Below, piece after piece: positions 1 through 10,961 of a DNA stretch of 64,000 nucleotides. Source of the stretch: Eledone cirrhosa (lineage: Eukaryota); NCBI GenBank assembly GCA_964016885.1, contig OZ024743.1, positions 356,004,001-356,068,000 on the forward strand, read 5' to 3'. How positions within the stretch are numbered: position 1 is the first letter of the stretch; each line of letters begins with the position of its first letter. The notes under the pieces were generated by a model. It had not been told where the DNA came from, did no database searches, and saw only the letters and a list, made by a program, of their open reading frames with translations. Made by a program: the position numbers and the translations under genes.

Positions 1-88
1 CCAGGATTTTAGTAAATCCATCCAAATTCTTCATTAATTAATTGAAATATAGTGCATTTCATTAGAAATACGGTAAAGATAGGGTTAA
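1..88. mobile_element. Terminal fragment of a TTAA-flanked MITE (family B)
   Basis: Ends in AGGG-TTAA at 81-88. Internal AATTAATTGAAA...CATTAGAAATACGGTAA is the reverse complement of the left end of family B copies at 5224, 10962 and 40170. Confidence 0.5.
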
Positions 89-307
89 AAAGTTTACATC
101 AAAATCATGTGGTATCTGAAACAAAGTGTCTTTTACCAGATATAGCATTTGTTGGTCTAAAAGCATGCGTGAAACTGAGTAAACAGAAACTGCACAGAAG
201 CTTATTGAGTAGACTGTACATGATGAGATCTAGCTTCTTCTCCTTTCCCTCCCACTAGTCCAAGAGACCCTGAAAAGAGTCATGGGGTGCTGCCTTTACT
301 CCTGTCA

Positions 308-518
308 TTAACCCTTTAGTATTTACATTACTATTATATTTTCACGGTAAAGGCTTTATCTCACATAATATGGAATCTTTGAGATTTTGATGATGATATT
401 ATTTATTTTGAGAACAATACCTTAATGTCTGTATGTGTGGCCGGTTATGGCCAGTTTGAACAGAACGAGGTAAGAGAATTCCTGCTGTATATGGCCGGTT
501 TAAATGCTAGAGGGTTAA
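308..518 (+). mobile_element. piggyBac-type MITE, family A
   Basis: TTAA-CCCTTTAGTATTTA ... TAAATGCTAGAGGG-TTAA: terminal inverted repeats with a TTAA duplication. About 210 bp, non-coding, six further copies in the window. Confidence 0.85.
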
Positions 519-1626
519 GCTAAAGACAAAACAAGAATAATTCAAACAAAACAATATTATGTATAAAATCTCACACAACACAACAATACCACAAAGATAT
601 AGTAGTGTAATGTAGTTCAGATATGACCACACATGTTTACTGGGGTGCTAGTTTGTTGTTTACTGGGGGTGCCAGTTTGACATACTTTTATGTCATGGTA
701 AACTCTTTCTGAATGTTTTCTTCATAGTCACAACTGAAATACTTCTGATCAGAGATTTGCTCAATTAGGGGTGACCTGGGACTAAAGGACAACAAGAAAA
801 ACAATAGCAACAACAACAATGACAACAACAAACATTTACTTCACCACTATTAAATCCAGCATAGCTTGTCTTTCCTTGCTTATCCCTACATCTCCAATGG
901 ATTCCAAGAAGGATTTCCAAGTTTAACTGGCAATTTCAAATGACAAGAGTGTGGTATGAGAATTCACCATAAATTACAAGTGTCTATGTGTGTGTGTGTG
1001 TATGTTCATGTTTGTATGAATGTGTAGGTGTGTGTGACATGAAAATAATCAAAATAAGGTGACCCCATACAATGGAATGCTTGAGTGGAGATAATACAAC
1101 ACACATACACACACAAAAAAAAACAAGCGCACACACTCTCTCACAGAATACAAAAGGAAAGTTGCAATGACATTTAAGTGCACACATACATGAACACTGT
1201 CTTGTAAACACACACATAAACATGCCAGAAAACACACATGTCAACAAACACACACACATACTTGGGCATATCAGCACACGTCCACACTTCCACACCCAAA
1301 ATCACATCAACATATGCACACACACACCCACACACAACACAGCTGAAAATAGGTTCAATTATGTAAAAATTCCTCACTACCAACTTCTAGGACAAAAATA
1401 GAAAATAATATATATTTTTTTCTTGTTTTACTCTGCTGCTTTTGTTGTTGTTGTAGCACTAGATATTTTGGTTGATATTATCAGCATTTCACTAATAGCA
1501 TCATTGTCACCACCATTGCACATGCACACATGTCTCTGACTGCAAGAGAGAGAGAGAGAGAGAGATTGTGTGTGTATGCATGAGACAGATTGTATATATA
1601 TGTGAGAGAGAGAGAGAGATCATGTG

Positions 1627-1783
1627 AGAAGAAGAAGAAGAAGAAGAAGGCAAAGAGGAAGAAGAAGAAGGCAAAGAGGAAGAAGAAGAAGAAGAAGAAG
1701 AAGAAGAAGAAGAAGAAGAAGAAGAAGAAGAAGAAGAAGAAGAAGAAGAAGAAGAAGAAGAAGAAGAAGAAGAAGAAGAAGAA
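1627..1783 (+). repeat. (AAG)n microsatellite
   Basis: Near-pure GAA run with two GGCAAAGAG interruptions. Explains the poly-K/R/F/S/L ORFs. Confidence 0.97.
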
Positions 1784-1991
1784 AAATCGATACCTGCACA
1801 CATATGCTCATGGTTGCTTCTATACCCTAACCACTGTCACCCCTACCTCGTCCATTATCACAGGTGCGCACATTCACCCCTAAGCCTAAGATTCCTATGG
1901 CTCTGTATGGACCATCATCATGCACACACACACACACACACACACATATTCTCACAGCGTCATACAAACAACACATACACACTACTCTCTC

Positions 1992-2421
1992 TTAATCCTT
2001 TAGCATTTAAACCGGCCATATCCGGCCAGAATTCTCTCACCTATTCTGTTAAAACTGGCTGTAACTGGTTGCTCATACTAATGCTAAGGTATTGTACTCA
2101 AAATTAATTGTTTCTACTTTTGGCACAAGGCCAGCAATTACCCAGTACATTACTGGTACTTCATTTTATCGACCCTGTAAGGATGAAAGGCAAAGTTAAC
2201 CTCGACGGGATTTGAACTCATACCGTAAAGGGACGTAACTATGCTAGAAAGCATGGAGTCCAACCCTCTACCGATACTGCCAATTCACCGCCATTGTACT
2301 CAAAATTAATAATATCAAAATGTCATAGATTCGATATTATGTGAGATAATCATGTGAGTTAAAGCCTTTACCGTGAAAATATAATAGTATATATAGAGTA
2401 ATATAAATGCTAAAGGGTTAA
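1992..2421 (-). mobile_element. MITE family A interrupted by a SINE
   Basis: TTAA-TCCTTTAGCATTTA ... TAAATGCTAAAGGG-TTAA. Body is the reverse complement of 308-518 once 2109-2310 is removed. Confidence 0.85.
2109..2292 (-). mobile_element. tRNA-derived SINE, family 1 (short-3' variant)
   Basis: Minus strand has A-box-like TGGCAGTATCGG, B-box GAGTTCAAATCC and central GCCTTTCATCCTTACAGGGTCGATAAAAT. Flanked by the 18-bp direct repeat ATTGTACTCAAAATTAAT (2091-2108 and 2293-2310). Confidence 0.9.
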
Positions 2422-2689
2422 ACTTCTATACACACATATTCTCACATCTTCATACAAACAAACAACAAAAACACATACACACACACATATATCCTCTCTA
2501 TATACAAAAGAATTTTTCCTTTTTTCCTTTTCAAAATGATAGACACCTTTAATCACAGATATTCAAAAGGCGACCAACTGAACTTCTTATGCCAAAATGC
2601 TAAATTCGAAAGTTTTCCAAGAGATGGCGACCTGAACAGATCTGTGTTTGCTCCAAGAAATTTCTTTCGTTTCTGCCACTGCTCATTCT

Positions 2690-2860
2690 CCACTAACTGT
2701 CTATCTTTTTCTTTAATTTCTCCTTCAATTTTCTGTTGAAGGACTAGCGTCTGAAACATTAAGGCTCTTTTTCCTATTATATCAAGCATAAAACTTATAT
2801 ATTTCTTCATTGTACTGTGTCATTTGCTATGTTATTTTTGTTTACTTTTTGTATATATAT
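2690..2860 (+). mobile_element. Degenerate dispersed repeat with a minimal hammerhead-like motif (possible Penelope-like element terminus)
   Basis: CTGTTGAAGGACTAGCGTCTGAAACATTAAG at 2733-2763. Homologous to minus-strand copies at ~3900-4060 and ~8990-9190. Confidence 0.5.
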
Positions 2861-2879
2861 ATGTCATTACAACAGCAGA

Positions 2880-2938
2880 GGTCTGATGAACTTTTGATTC
2901 CAGAGTTGGGCGAGATCGATAGCGAAACGTGCGTAACC
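2880..2938 (+). ncRNA. Degenerate type I hammerhead ribozyme motif
   Basis: GGT-CTGATGA-[ACTTTTGATT...GATCGATAGC, 8 of 10 positions pair including G.U]-GAAA-CGTGCG-TA-ACC. Core intact, helix I short, helix II closing pair mutated. Confidence 0.55.
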
Positions 2939-3099
2939 AATCAATAAACATAAGGAAGGCTTAACAAATCGTCCTTGTATTATTATTATTATATTATAAT
3001 ATATATATATATGGTCTATGTAATTCAGTGAATTACAGTTGGAGGTACTGTTGAGCGCTCAATGCACCGGCATGAGAAAAAACAATGAAATTTCGTTTA

Positions 3100-3246
3100 C
3101 ATCATCATCATCTTCGTTTAACGTCCATCTTCCACGCTAGCATGGGTTAGACGGGAATTGTCCCACTTGAGGCAAGGTCGGTCGGGTGACCGTGTCTCGC
3201 TCATATAGGACTATCTGGCAGGTTTTCTACGGCTGGATGCCCTTCT
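3100..3246 (-). mobile_element. SINE-like element with RTE-type 3' tail (family 3)
   Basis: Minus strand reads AAGGGCATCCAGCCGTAGAAAACC...AACCCATGCTAGCGTGGAAGATGGACGTTAAAC(GAT)n. Closely matches 40990-41162. Confidence 0.8.
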
Positions 3247-3255
3247 CATTTATCG

Positions 3256-3326
3256 ACCTGTTACATGCGTTTCGCAGAGGATTGGCTTATGGTGACCTAT
3301 AGAAGTTATCTGCTCATCAGACGGGT
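3256..3326 (-). ncRNA. Type I hammerhead ribozyme motif with intact core
   Basis: Minus strand: ACCCGT-CTGATGA-GCAGA-(30 nt)-TCTGC-GAAA-CGCATG-TA-ACAGGT. Helix I pairs 5/6, helix II is a perfect 5 bp with a G-C closing pair, GUA cleavage triplet, minimal quasi-palindromic helix III. Confidence 0.75.
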
Positions 3327-3328
3327 GA

Positions 3329-3600
3329 TTATCATCATCATCATCATCACCGTTTTACATCCGTTCTTCCACGCTAGCATGCGTTAGACGGGTTGTCCTG
3401 TTGTGGGCAGTGTCCGGTCGGCTGACCTTGTTTTGCTCATACGGGAACTGATTCTGGCTTGATTTCTACAGTTGGATGCCCTTACTAAGACCAACCTCAT
3501 TTACAGTGAGTGCTGGGTGCATTTTTTCCGTGGCGCCTACACGTCCACTTTACAGTGTGGGCTGAGTGCTTTTTTGTTGTGGCACCTCCACGACCACTTT
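3329..3600 (-). mobile_element. SINE-like element with RTE-type 3' tail (family 3)
   Basis: (CAT)n tail at 3331-3349, then CATCCGTTCTTCCACGCTAGCATG...TTTCTACAGTTGGATGCCCTT...TGCTGGGTGCATTTT. Confidence 0.75.
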
Positions 3601-3631
3601 GCAGTGGAATGATAGGGATCCCAGTCCTATC

Positions 3632-3776
3632 ATCTCATTTCTACAGCTGAGTAAACTGGAGCAATGTGAAATAAAGTGTCTTGCTCAAGGAAACAACACA
3701 TCACCCGGTCCGAGAATGGAACTCACAACCTTTCGATTGCAAGCCCAATGCTCTAACCACTAAGCCATGCGCCTTC
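3632..3776 (-). mobile_element. tRNA-derived CORE-type SINE, family 2 (5' part)
   Basis: Minus strand GAAGGCGCATGGCTTAGTGGTTAG (A box), GAGTTCCATTCTC (B box) and CORE-like CCTTGAGCAAGACACTTTA. Near-identical to 15550-15692. Confidence 0.85.
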
Positions 3777-3847
3777 ATATGTATATATATATATCGTTTG
3801 TTTTGTTATTTCTGTTTACCTTTTATACACATACATACATACATACA

Positions 3848-3894
<47 letters not shown>

Positions 3895-3899
3895 GGTTA

Positions 3900-4060
3900 A
3901 CAAAGAAAAATAAAAGATGGAGAAAAATACAATGATGATATATTAATTTAATGCTTGATATTGTAGGAAAAGAGTCAATGTTTTGGACATTAGTCCTTCA
4001 TCGGAATATAGAATGAGATAAATAGGAAGATAGACGGGAATAAGGGAAGAAAGAAAATGA
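3900..4060 (-). mobile_element. Degenerate repeat with a decayed minimal hammerhead-like motif
   Basis: Minus strand CCGATGAAGGACTAATGTCCAAAACATTGA at 3975-4004. Flanks resemble 2690-2860. Confidence 0.45.
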
Positions 4061-4271
4061 GAAAAGGTTAGACAGGAGAGAAAGAACATATTGTTGTTAG
4101 TCAGACATCTAAATATATACTGGGTTGATTTTAATTTTAGTGATTTTAGTTAGTTTAAGCTTATTAGATTTTGTTTTGGGGTAGGGTTGTGTAAGGAAAA
4201 AGTATATATATATATATAAATATTTATATATATCATCCCCGTTTAACGTCCATTTTTCCACACAAGCATGC

Positions 4272-4309
<38 letters not shown>

Positions 4310-4890
4310 TATACATATATGCACACATTTATACACACAAGTTTACTTCCACATTCCCCCTCCTCACTTTTTACTATTTTCTAATGTTATTTGTGTTTGA
4401 ATATGATTATTATAACAAAACAACAATAACAGCAATAATTGTTTTTCGATCGACAATTCTCTTCTCTTCTGAACAATGTTTGTTCAATGATCAAAGGAAA
4501 ACAGACAAACAACAACAAAGGGAACAACAACACTAAAAAGATGCATTGAATATGAGCCAAAGATGACGGAGATGAAGACAATAAATGAAAAAGATGTTTA
4601 AAAAATCAAGATAAAGAAGAAACAGATGAAATAAAAGATGAAAAAAGATAAAACGAAAGAGAGAGAAAAAAAATAAGAAAAAAGAACTGTAGCAGTAACA
4701 TCAAGAAAGATTACCAAAACTGGGCATTAACGGACAGATTCTATTTTATGTTGGTTACCATTGAGGTCTCTAGTGTCTCACCTGAAAAAAAGAGTCCTGA
4801 GAGGTGGAATGGCTGATATGGCAACCCTCTCATCATCTCATTCAGGGAGGACAGGTGAGAATGCATATCCCTATTTTAAAATTGTTACTT

Positions 4891-5113
4891 TTAACTCTTT
4901 TGATGCAATACAAAATTGTTTGTTTTAAAGTGTTTATACTCATTTTAAAAAAAACTTCCATCTGAACTTTTTTGCATATGAAACATTAAGTTACATTCTA
5001 AACACCTACTTAATAACGAGAAAGATAGTGATGCTACTAAATACCTCCAAATTCTTTAATATTTTCAAAATTAAGCAGTATATGTAATTAGAAATATGTT
5101 AATGAAAGGTTTA
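4891..5113 (-). mobile_element. Degenerate TTAA MITE (family B)
   Basis: Starts TTAACTCTTTTG. Internal TAATATTTTCAAAATTAA is the reverse complement of the family B motif TTAATTTTGAAAATAAT. Confidence 0.45.
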
Positions 5114-5223
5114 ATTGTGTGTTGAGACAGAGTGAAAGTATATTCAGCATGTCTGATGAGTGAATGAAGCAGGCAAAGCAATTTGAAATACCAGTGATTA
5201 CAGGAACTGGAGCTTGTTTGATT

Positions 5224-5457
5224 TTAACTCTTTTCTTATCATATTTGTAATGAAAGACATTGCTGATGTTTCAATTAATTTTGAAAATAATTAAAAACGT
5301 TGAGGAATTTAGTAAAAGAATTTTATCATTATTATGTTGGTGCTTGGAACATAACATAATAAATGTTCTTACATATAAATATAATGAAAGGTTTAATTGA
5401 TATCAATGCTTTAAAACATACAGTTTTGTATGTTAAGGAGTTGTTTCAAGCAGTTAA
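5224..5457 (+). mobile_element. Degenerate TTAA MITE (family B)
   Basis: TTAACTCTTTTCTTATCATATTT...TTTCAATTAATTTTGAAAATAAT...GTTAA. Aligns by eye with 10962-11139 and 40170-40355. Confidence 0.55.
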
Positions 5458-6699
5458 GAATTAAATTTTTCATTCTCATTGCAAGACATAAGGATGTGTA
5501 AAATAATTTATAAATAGACAGTTTTTACCAGCCCCTGCCTCAGGTACCTAATTGCCATTTTGTTAACATATTTCTCATAAAATACACCTCCACTTCCTTC
5601 TTCAACCACTTATTCTTGCAAGGGTTGTGGAAGCAAACTCCTCGGGCATGCATTCTAGAGGTTCCTATCAGAAGTAATCATCTCCAATTGATGCAACTGG
5701 ATCCCCAAGTAAGATCAACCAAGCTAATGAATGTTATCCAGCCATTTTACTCATGATCTAGCTTTGGGTCATCTGCCAGATAATGTTGAACATAATCAAG
5801 AATTTAGAGGGATTTAGTAATATAACTTCCTCATTATCTAGCTGGTGTTTGAAGTATAAACTGACAAAGGTTATTACATAAAATTAAGATGGGAGGTTAG
5901 GGTTATAAACACATAAAAAAAAACAGTGTTGGGTAGTAAAGGTAGTTTGAGGTGGTTTAGTGTCAAAATTGTCAAGACAGCAAGCAATCCATAAAAAAAC
6001 TTCTCTTATTTTTAAAAGGTAGACCTCATCACACTTACCCCCTATTCATTTTCTTCACCTAAAACACCAATAATTCACTTTCAACTTTACCCCCACCCGC
6101 ATCTGACTATCAACAACCACCCACATCACTTTCATTCACAGATTTCTCCTTCCCATCCACTGACAACCATCACTCTAACCATTGCCACAACCACCTACCA
6201 CAAATACCCTCAACAGAAATACCATCACCATCTTTTAGAGGAGCTGCTTTGCAGTCATTCGACCTGCTAGAAACTGCAGGCAAATTCCTTCAAATTACAC
6301 CCCTAACATCTACAAAAAGACAGGATGGATATGACTGAGGCCAGAATTGACCCAGAGGTTAAACATATATACATTTAGAGCCTAGATCCACACATCTTTA
6401 TACCATACTTCCACCACAAACATCACTATCACAATCACCATCACCATCCTTATACCACTCCAACCCCATCTTCATTTAGTGCCCACATCCACACACTATG
6501 CAACCACCACAATAATCACCACCACCAATAATGCCTTCATTTAGAGTCCATAACAACATACCACCACCACCACCACCATTACCATCTACACATTCCCAGA
6601 TACCATCCAGGCACCAACCATTGAATCTACCATCAGACCTTCAGCAGCCATCCATCCATCATTCACAGCTAAACTTGTCACAGATGAAAGAGCAGCATT

Positions 6700-7170
6700 G
6701 AAATAGAGAGGGAGGGGTAGAGAGAGCGAGAGAGGGGGGATAATCACATGATCAGACTGACTGGTACCAATGGATGGATGGATGGTTAACTAGTGAGTTG
6801 GTTGGTAGACATTAATGATGGTGGTGGCACTGGTGGGGTGGTGACACTGGTGGGCTGAGTGAGAGAGGGGGATGGAGTAAGATTAGATGTGAACAGTGTG
6901 AAAACCAGGAGAGATGTTAACAGTGTAAGAGAGAGGACAAGAGAGATGAGGAGAAAGAGAGAAAAGGAGAGAGATATATATATAGAGAGAGATAGAGAGA
7001 GAGAGAGATAGAGAGAGAGAGAGATAGAGAGAGAGATATATATATATATAGAGAGAGAGAGATAGATAGAGAGAGAGAGAGAATGAGTGCTATAAACAAA
7101 GAAAGGTAAACAAAGCAAGAGAGAGGGAGAAAGGGATTTGAACAGAGAAAGAAAGAGGGAGAGAGATGAG

Positions 7171-7213
<43 letters not shown>

Positions 7214-7470
7214 AGATATGAAAACAGAGGAAGAGAGAGAGGAAGGGACGAGATCAGAGACAGAGGGGGAGAGAGAAGTAGTGAGATGTAAAGATGGGTA
7301 AGAAAGAAAAAACAAAGAGAAATACATGGGAAGGAGTAGAGAGTAACAGAGACAGTATGAGAGGGAGAGATATATTGAGATGATGTGGAGAAAAGCAAGA
7401 AGAGGGAGGGGGGTCAACAAGGAAGAGGAGCAAAAAAGGGGAGGAGGAGGAGGGAGGTTAGGAAAGGAAG
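6700..7470 (+). repeat. Polypurine (GA)n / GAGATA low-complexity tract
   Basis: Long AG-rich run with (GA)n and (TA)n blocks. Confidence 0.85.
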
Positions 7471-7723
7471 GCAAATTAATTAATACTCCTAAATGTTGAT
7501 ACATTTGTTTATCAGATCAGCACACACAATCTTGTATGTACATGTATGTGTGTATGTGGTGTTTTCATGTATGTGTGTATGTGGTGCTTTCATGTATGTG
7601 TGTATGGGGTGTTTTCGTGTATGTGTGTATGTGGTGCTTTCATTTCCCAGCTAAAAACAATAGTTTTAGCTGGTTACTACATCTTTGACACAACGCACAT
7701 AATCCACATACTATGTATGGATT

Positions 7724-7947
7724 GGCGGTGGATTGGCAGAATTGGTAGAGCGTTGGACACAATGCTTCGTGGCATAGTGTTATGGCACTTTACGTTTTGA
7801 GTTCAAATCCTGTCGGGGTTAGCTTTGCCTTTCATCGTTACGGAATCGATAAAATAAAGTACCAGTAATGCGCTGGTATCGATTTAATCGACTTACCCCT
7901 CCCATTCAAATTGCTAGCCATGTGCCTTAAGTAGAAACAATTATTAA
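7724..7947 (+). mobile_element. SINE family 1, full length (long-3' variant)
   Basis: GGCGGTGGATTGGCAGAATTGG...GAGTTCAAATCC...GCCTTTCATC...GATAAAATAAAGTACCAG...ATCGATTTAATCGAC...TAGAAACAATTATT. Confidence 0.88.
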
Positions 7948-7965
7948 TGTTAGCGTTGGCACCAT

Positions 7966-8169
7966 TTAACTCTTTAGCACTTAAACTGGTCGTATCCAAC
8001 CAGAATTCTTTAACGGCTTTCTGTTCAAACCGGGTGCTCATACTTATGTTAAGGTATTGTTCTCAAAATAAATAATATCAAAATCTCGTAGATTCAATAT
8101 TATGTGAGATAAAGAGATAAAGTGAAAATACAATAGTAAATATAGAGCAATCTAAATGCTAAAGGTTAA
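7966..8169 (-). mobile_element. MITE family A
   Basis: TTAA-CTCTTTAGCACTTA ... TAAATGCTAAAGG-TTAA; body matches the other copies. Confidence 0.85.
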
Positions 8170-8491
8170 TAGTTAGTTGTTTTCCAAGCTTACATGGATT
8201 AGATGGGTTGCCACATGCTGAGGTTAGATTAGTCAGGTGGTTTATATGGCTAAACACCCTTCCTAATGGCATCCACTTTAAAGTGTTAACTAGAAGCATT
8301 TTATAGTGACTCCTGGCACTGTCACCTTCCCAGTGGACTTACAGTGCACAAAGCAGGCAAAGTATAATAAAGTTATATCTCTATATATACAGAGTGGGTA
8401 ACTGATACTGTGACAATGTATACATAAATATACACATTTTTAGTATGTAGATGCACACACACACTCACTCACTCACTCACTCACAGGACAT

Positions 8492-8843
8492 ATCATCAGC
8501 ATCATCATTATCATTTTACATCCACCTTTCTCTGCTTGCAAGGGTGGGATGAGTCCTATTCAACACAGCATCTCTCCACTCGTCACGGTCCTTCGTCATC
8601 TCCTCCGTGAGCTTCAGCGATCTGAGGTCTGCTCTCACCACCTCTGCCCATGTTTTTCGTGGGTCTTCCTCTACTGCGTCTTCCATCTACTGGGATTTCC
8701 TGGCACTTCTTTACCCAACAGTCATCCTCCATGTGCATCACATGTCCATACCATCTCCGCCTTCTCTCCTGCACACTACAACTTATCCCTCTTATACACA
8801 GTTTCTCACTCAACCCATCTATGCTTGGTCGCTCATGCACATT
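8492..8843 (-). mobile_element. RTE-clade LINE, 5'-truncated 3' end (ORF C-terminus remnant, 3' UTR, (GAT)n tail)
   Basis: Minus-strand translation RRRRWYGHVMHMEDDCWVKKCQEIPVDGRRSRGRP matches the RLRW.GHV.R...G.R.RGRP motif at the C-terminus of RTE/BovB-like ORFs. Frameshifted after RGRP; ends in (GAT)n. Confidence 0.85.
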
Positions 8844-8867
8844 GACACACACACACACACACATATA

Positions 8868-8950
8868 TATTGGGTTGGACAGAAAGTTCCTGCAGTTTTT
8901 CAAAATGAGCTATTTTGATAGAGTTTTCTGAAAATGATGAAGGTTGCATA
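8868..8950 (+). mobile_element. Possible mariner-like TIR fragment
   Basis: TA-TTGGGTTGGACAGAAAGTTCCTGCAGTTTTT resembles mariner ends and sits in a TA run. No partner TIR found. Confidence 0.35.
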
Positions 8951-8989
8951 TGTGCACATATATCAACACCACATGGTCGAGTAACCATG

Positions 8990-9190
8990 TAAAAGGTAAA
9001 GAGAAATAGCAACACAATCGGTACGGTATATGGAAGAAATATATTAGGTTAACGCTTGAAATAGCAGGAAGAGGGTCTTAACATTTCAGACTAGTCCTTC
9101 ATCAGAAGAAAGAATAAGAAGGTAGAAAGATTGAAGGGACGGGCTGGGTGGAATTGAAGAAAATGTTTTTAGAGAAAAATAAGAGGTCTA
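8990..9190 (-). mobile_element. Repeat with a minimal hammerhead-like motif (possible Penelope-like terminus)
   Basis: Minus strand CTGATGAAGGACTAGTCTGAAATGTTAAG at 9077-9105. Flanks homologous to 2690-2860 and 3900-4060. Confidence 0.5.
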
Positions 9191-9245
9191 TTCATGTTGC
9201 CATCTCTTGAGAGATAGGGAGAGAGAGAGAGAGAGAGAGAGAGAT

Positions 9246-9560
9246 GCAGGTATAGGTGTGATGAAGGTGTTTACTTCTTCACAAGCATATAGCTTTGGGT
9301 TTGGTCCTAATGCATGGAACATTGGGCAAGTGCCCTCTATTATATCCCCGGGTGGACCGAAGCGTATTGTATGAAATTTAGTAGTTGAAAACCTAGTGGG
9401 AACCATTGTATATATGCATGTGTGTGAGAGAGAGCATGTGTTTATACATATATTGTTTGTCTATGTCCCATAACACAGCAATTGATATGATTAAATAAAT
9501 CCTGTCAATGGATTGTCCTAATATGGTTACAGTCTGATAAATGAGACAAGTTAAAGAAAA
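9246..9560 (+). mobile_element. Old CORE-type SINE, family 4
   Basis: TTGGGCAAGTGCCCTCTATTATATCCCCGGGTGGACCGAAGC...GAAAC followed by (TG)n. Related copies at 15806, 19205 and 25205. Confidence 0.6.
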
Positions 9561-9716
9561 AGCTTATATACATATATACATACACTTATTGGTGACTTAA
9601 CTTGATCTCAAACATAACCACTTTCTTATTCTAGTTCTTTGCCTATATTAAGTTTATATAGCTTCTCTACCTCTCTACTATGAGCCCCATAGATGTTTAC
9701 CTAACTTTTAATTGTT

Positions 9717-9902
9717 TTAACTCATTAGTATTTAAACTAGCCATAACCGACTACTCATACCAATGTTATGGCATTTTTTCTCAAAATAAATAACATTAAA
9801 ATCTTGAAGATTCGATATTTTGTGAGATAATTATGCAAAATAAAGTGTTTACCACAAAACTACAAAATTATATAAAGAGTAATGTAAATGCTAGAGGGTT
9901 AA
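9717..9902 (-). mobile_element. MITE family A (internally deleted)
   Basis: TTAA-CTCATTAGTATTTA ... TAAATGCTAGAGGG-TTAA. Confidence 0.8.
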
Positions 9903-10499
9903 ATTATTAATGACAAATGTGAAATGGAATTTGGTTGACATAGCATCAGAGGCTACACCAATGTCCATTTGCTTGAAACAGATTTTCAAAGAGGTAGTAG
10001 ATGTGGACACCTTTCAGTATAAACAGCTGTGTCAAGGTAAGGTTGATGGAATAGCATGTACATAAATACCCTCAGTTTGTCTCCTGATATGTAATCTCTA
10101 GTTAGGTATAAAAAACGACTGGTGTTTGAAAGTGTAATATATATGACCCTTCACTAGCTAATAGGCAATCCTGGTACAACTGTTAGTAACAGGATACAGG
10201 TCACTGAGAAAGTGGAAAATTTCTTGAAAAAGAAGCATGTTAATTCTTAATAAACAATTTATTACAAAAAATACAATTCGCTTTGTTACAGACACATGTG
10301 ATACAAAAACTATTTCATTCATCTATTAATGAGCCCTTAACACCTAATGAAGTTATAGGAGCACCATTGTGACACATGGTATGTCTTGGACATTTAAACC
10401 TGGCAGAGACCATCCCTCTCCAGGTTTGAACATAGCTCATTTCTTTGAGAGTGCGAAAGGAAGAGAGAGGAGAGAAAGATATTTAGAAAGAGAAGCAAC

Positions 10500-10642
10500 C
10501 ATTACTTCATTGATCAACATCAAAAGGATGAAAGCCAAAGTAAAGTTGATCTGGGCAGGATTTGAACTCAAAATGCAAAGAACTGGAATGAATACTGCCA
10601 AGGATTTTATCCAATGTTTGAATGACTGCCAATTTACCATCT
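10500..10642 (-). mobile_element. Degenerate SINE family 1 fragment
   Basis: AAGGATGAAAGCCAAAG...GGCAGGATTTGAACTCA...CTGCCAATTTACC. Confidence 0.6.
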
Positions 10643-10961
10643 TTACAAAATTACATTTTAACCCATAGTTAAAATGTAAATAAACAATTCTCAGTACTTC
10701 ATCATAAAAAATGTTCTCAGGTTTTCCATGTGGAGCATGTTTATTCTTCCCACACAACATATGTTTCTTTAATACTTACTTTACTGACATTTAAAGAAAT
10801 TAATAAAATATATTTGAAGTTATTGGTAGGAATTTGGATGTAGGTTTTGATAATCCCTGCACTGCATAGATAATAGTTCTCACTACTGAGATGTAAAAAA
10901 TAAATATTTAATAAATATTTCAAAAGAATGGCAGTGAAAATGTTTCAAAAGGTATTATCTT

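Noticed and set aside
984-1883. Short ORFs with poly-F/K/R/S/L or CV repeats (also at 13114-14633, 23443-23709, 26614-26937)
   Set aside because: Translations of microsatellites.
3690-3776. tRNA gene
   Set aside because: The A/B boxes belong to a SINE head that continues into a CORE-like block and recurs in the window; no complete cloverleaf.
4755-4860. Possible micro-exon (polypyrimidine-CAG ... GTAAC on the minus strand)
   Set aside because: Such signals arise by chance; there is no homology or transcript evidence.
5153-5190. CTGATGA...GAAA hammerhead candidate
   Set aside because: No convincing helix I, II or III pairing.
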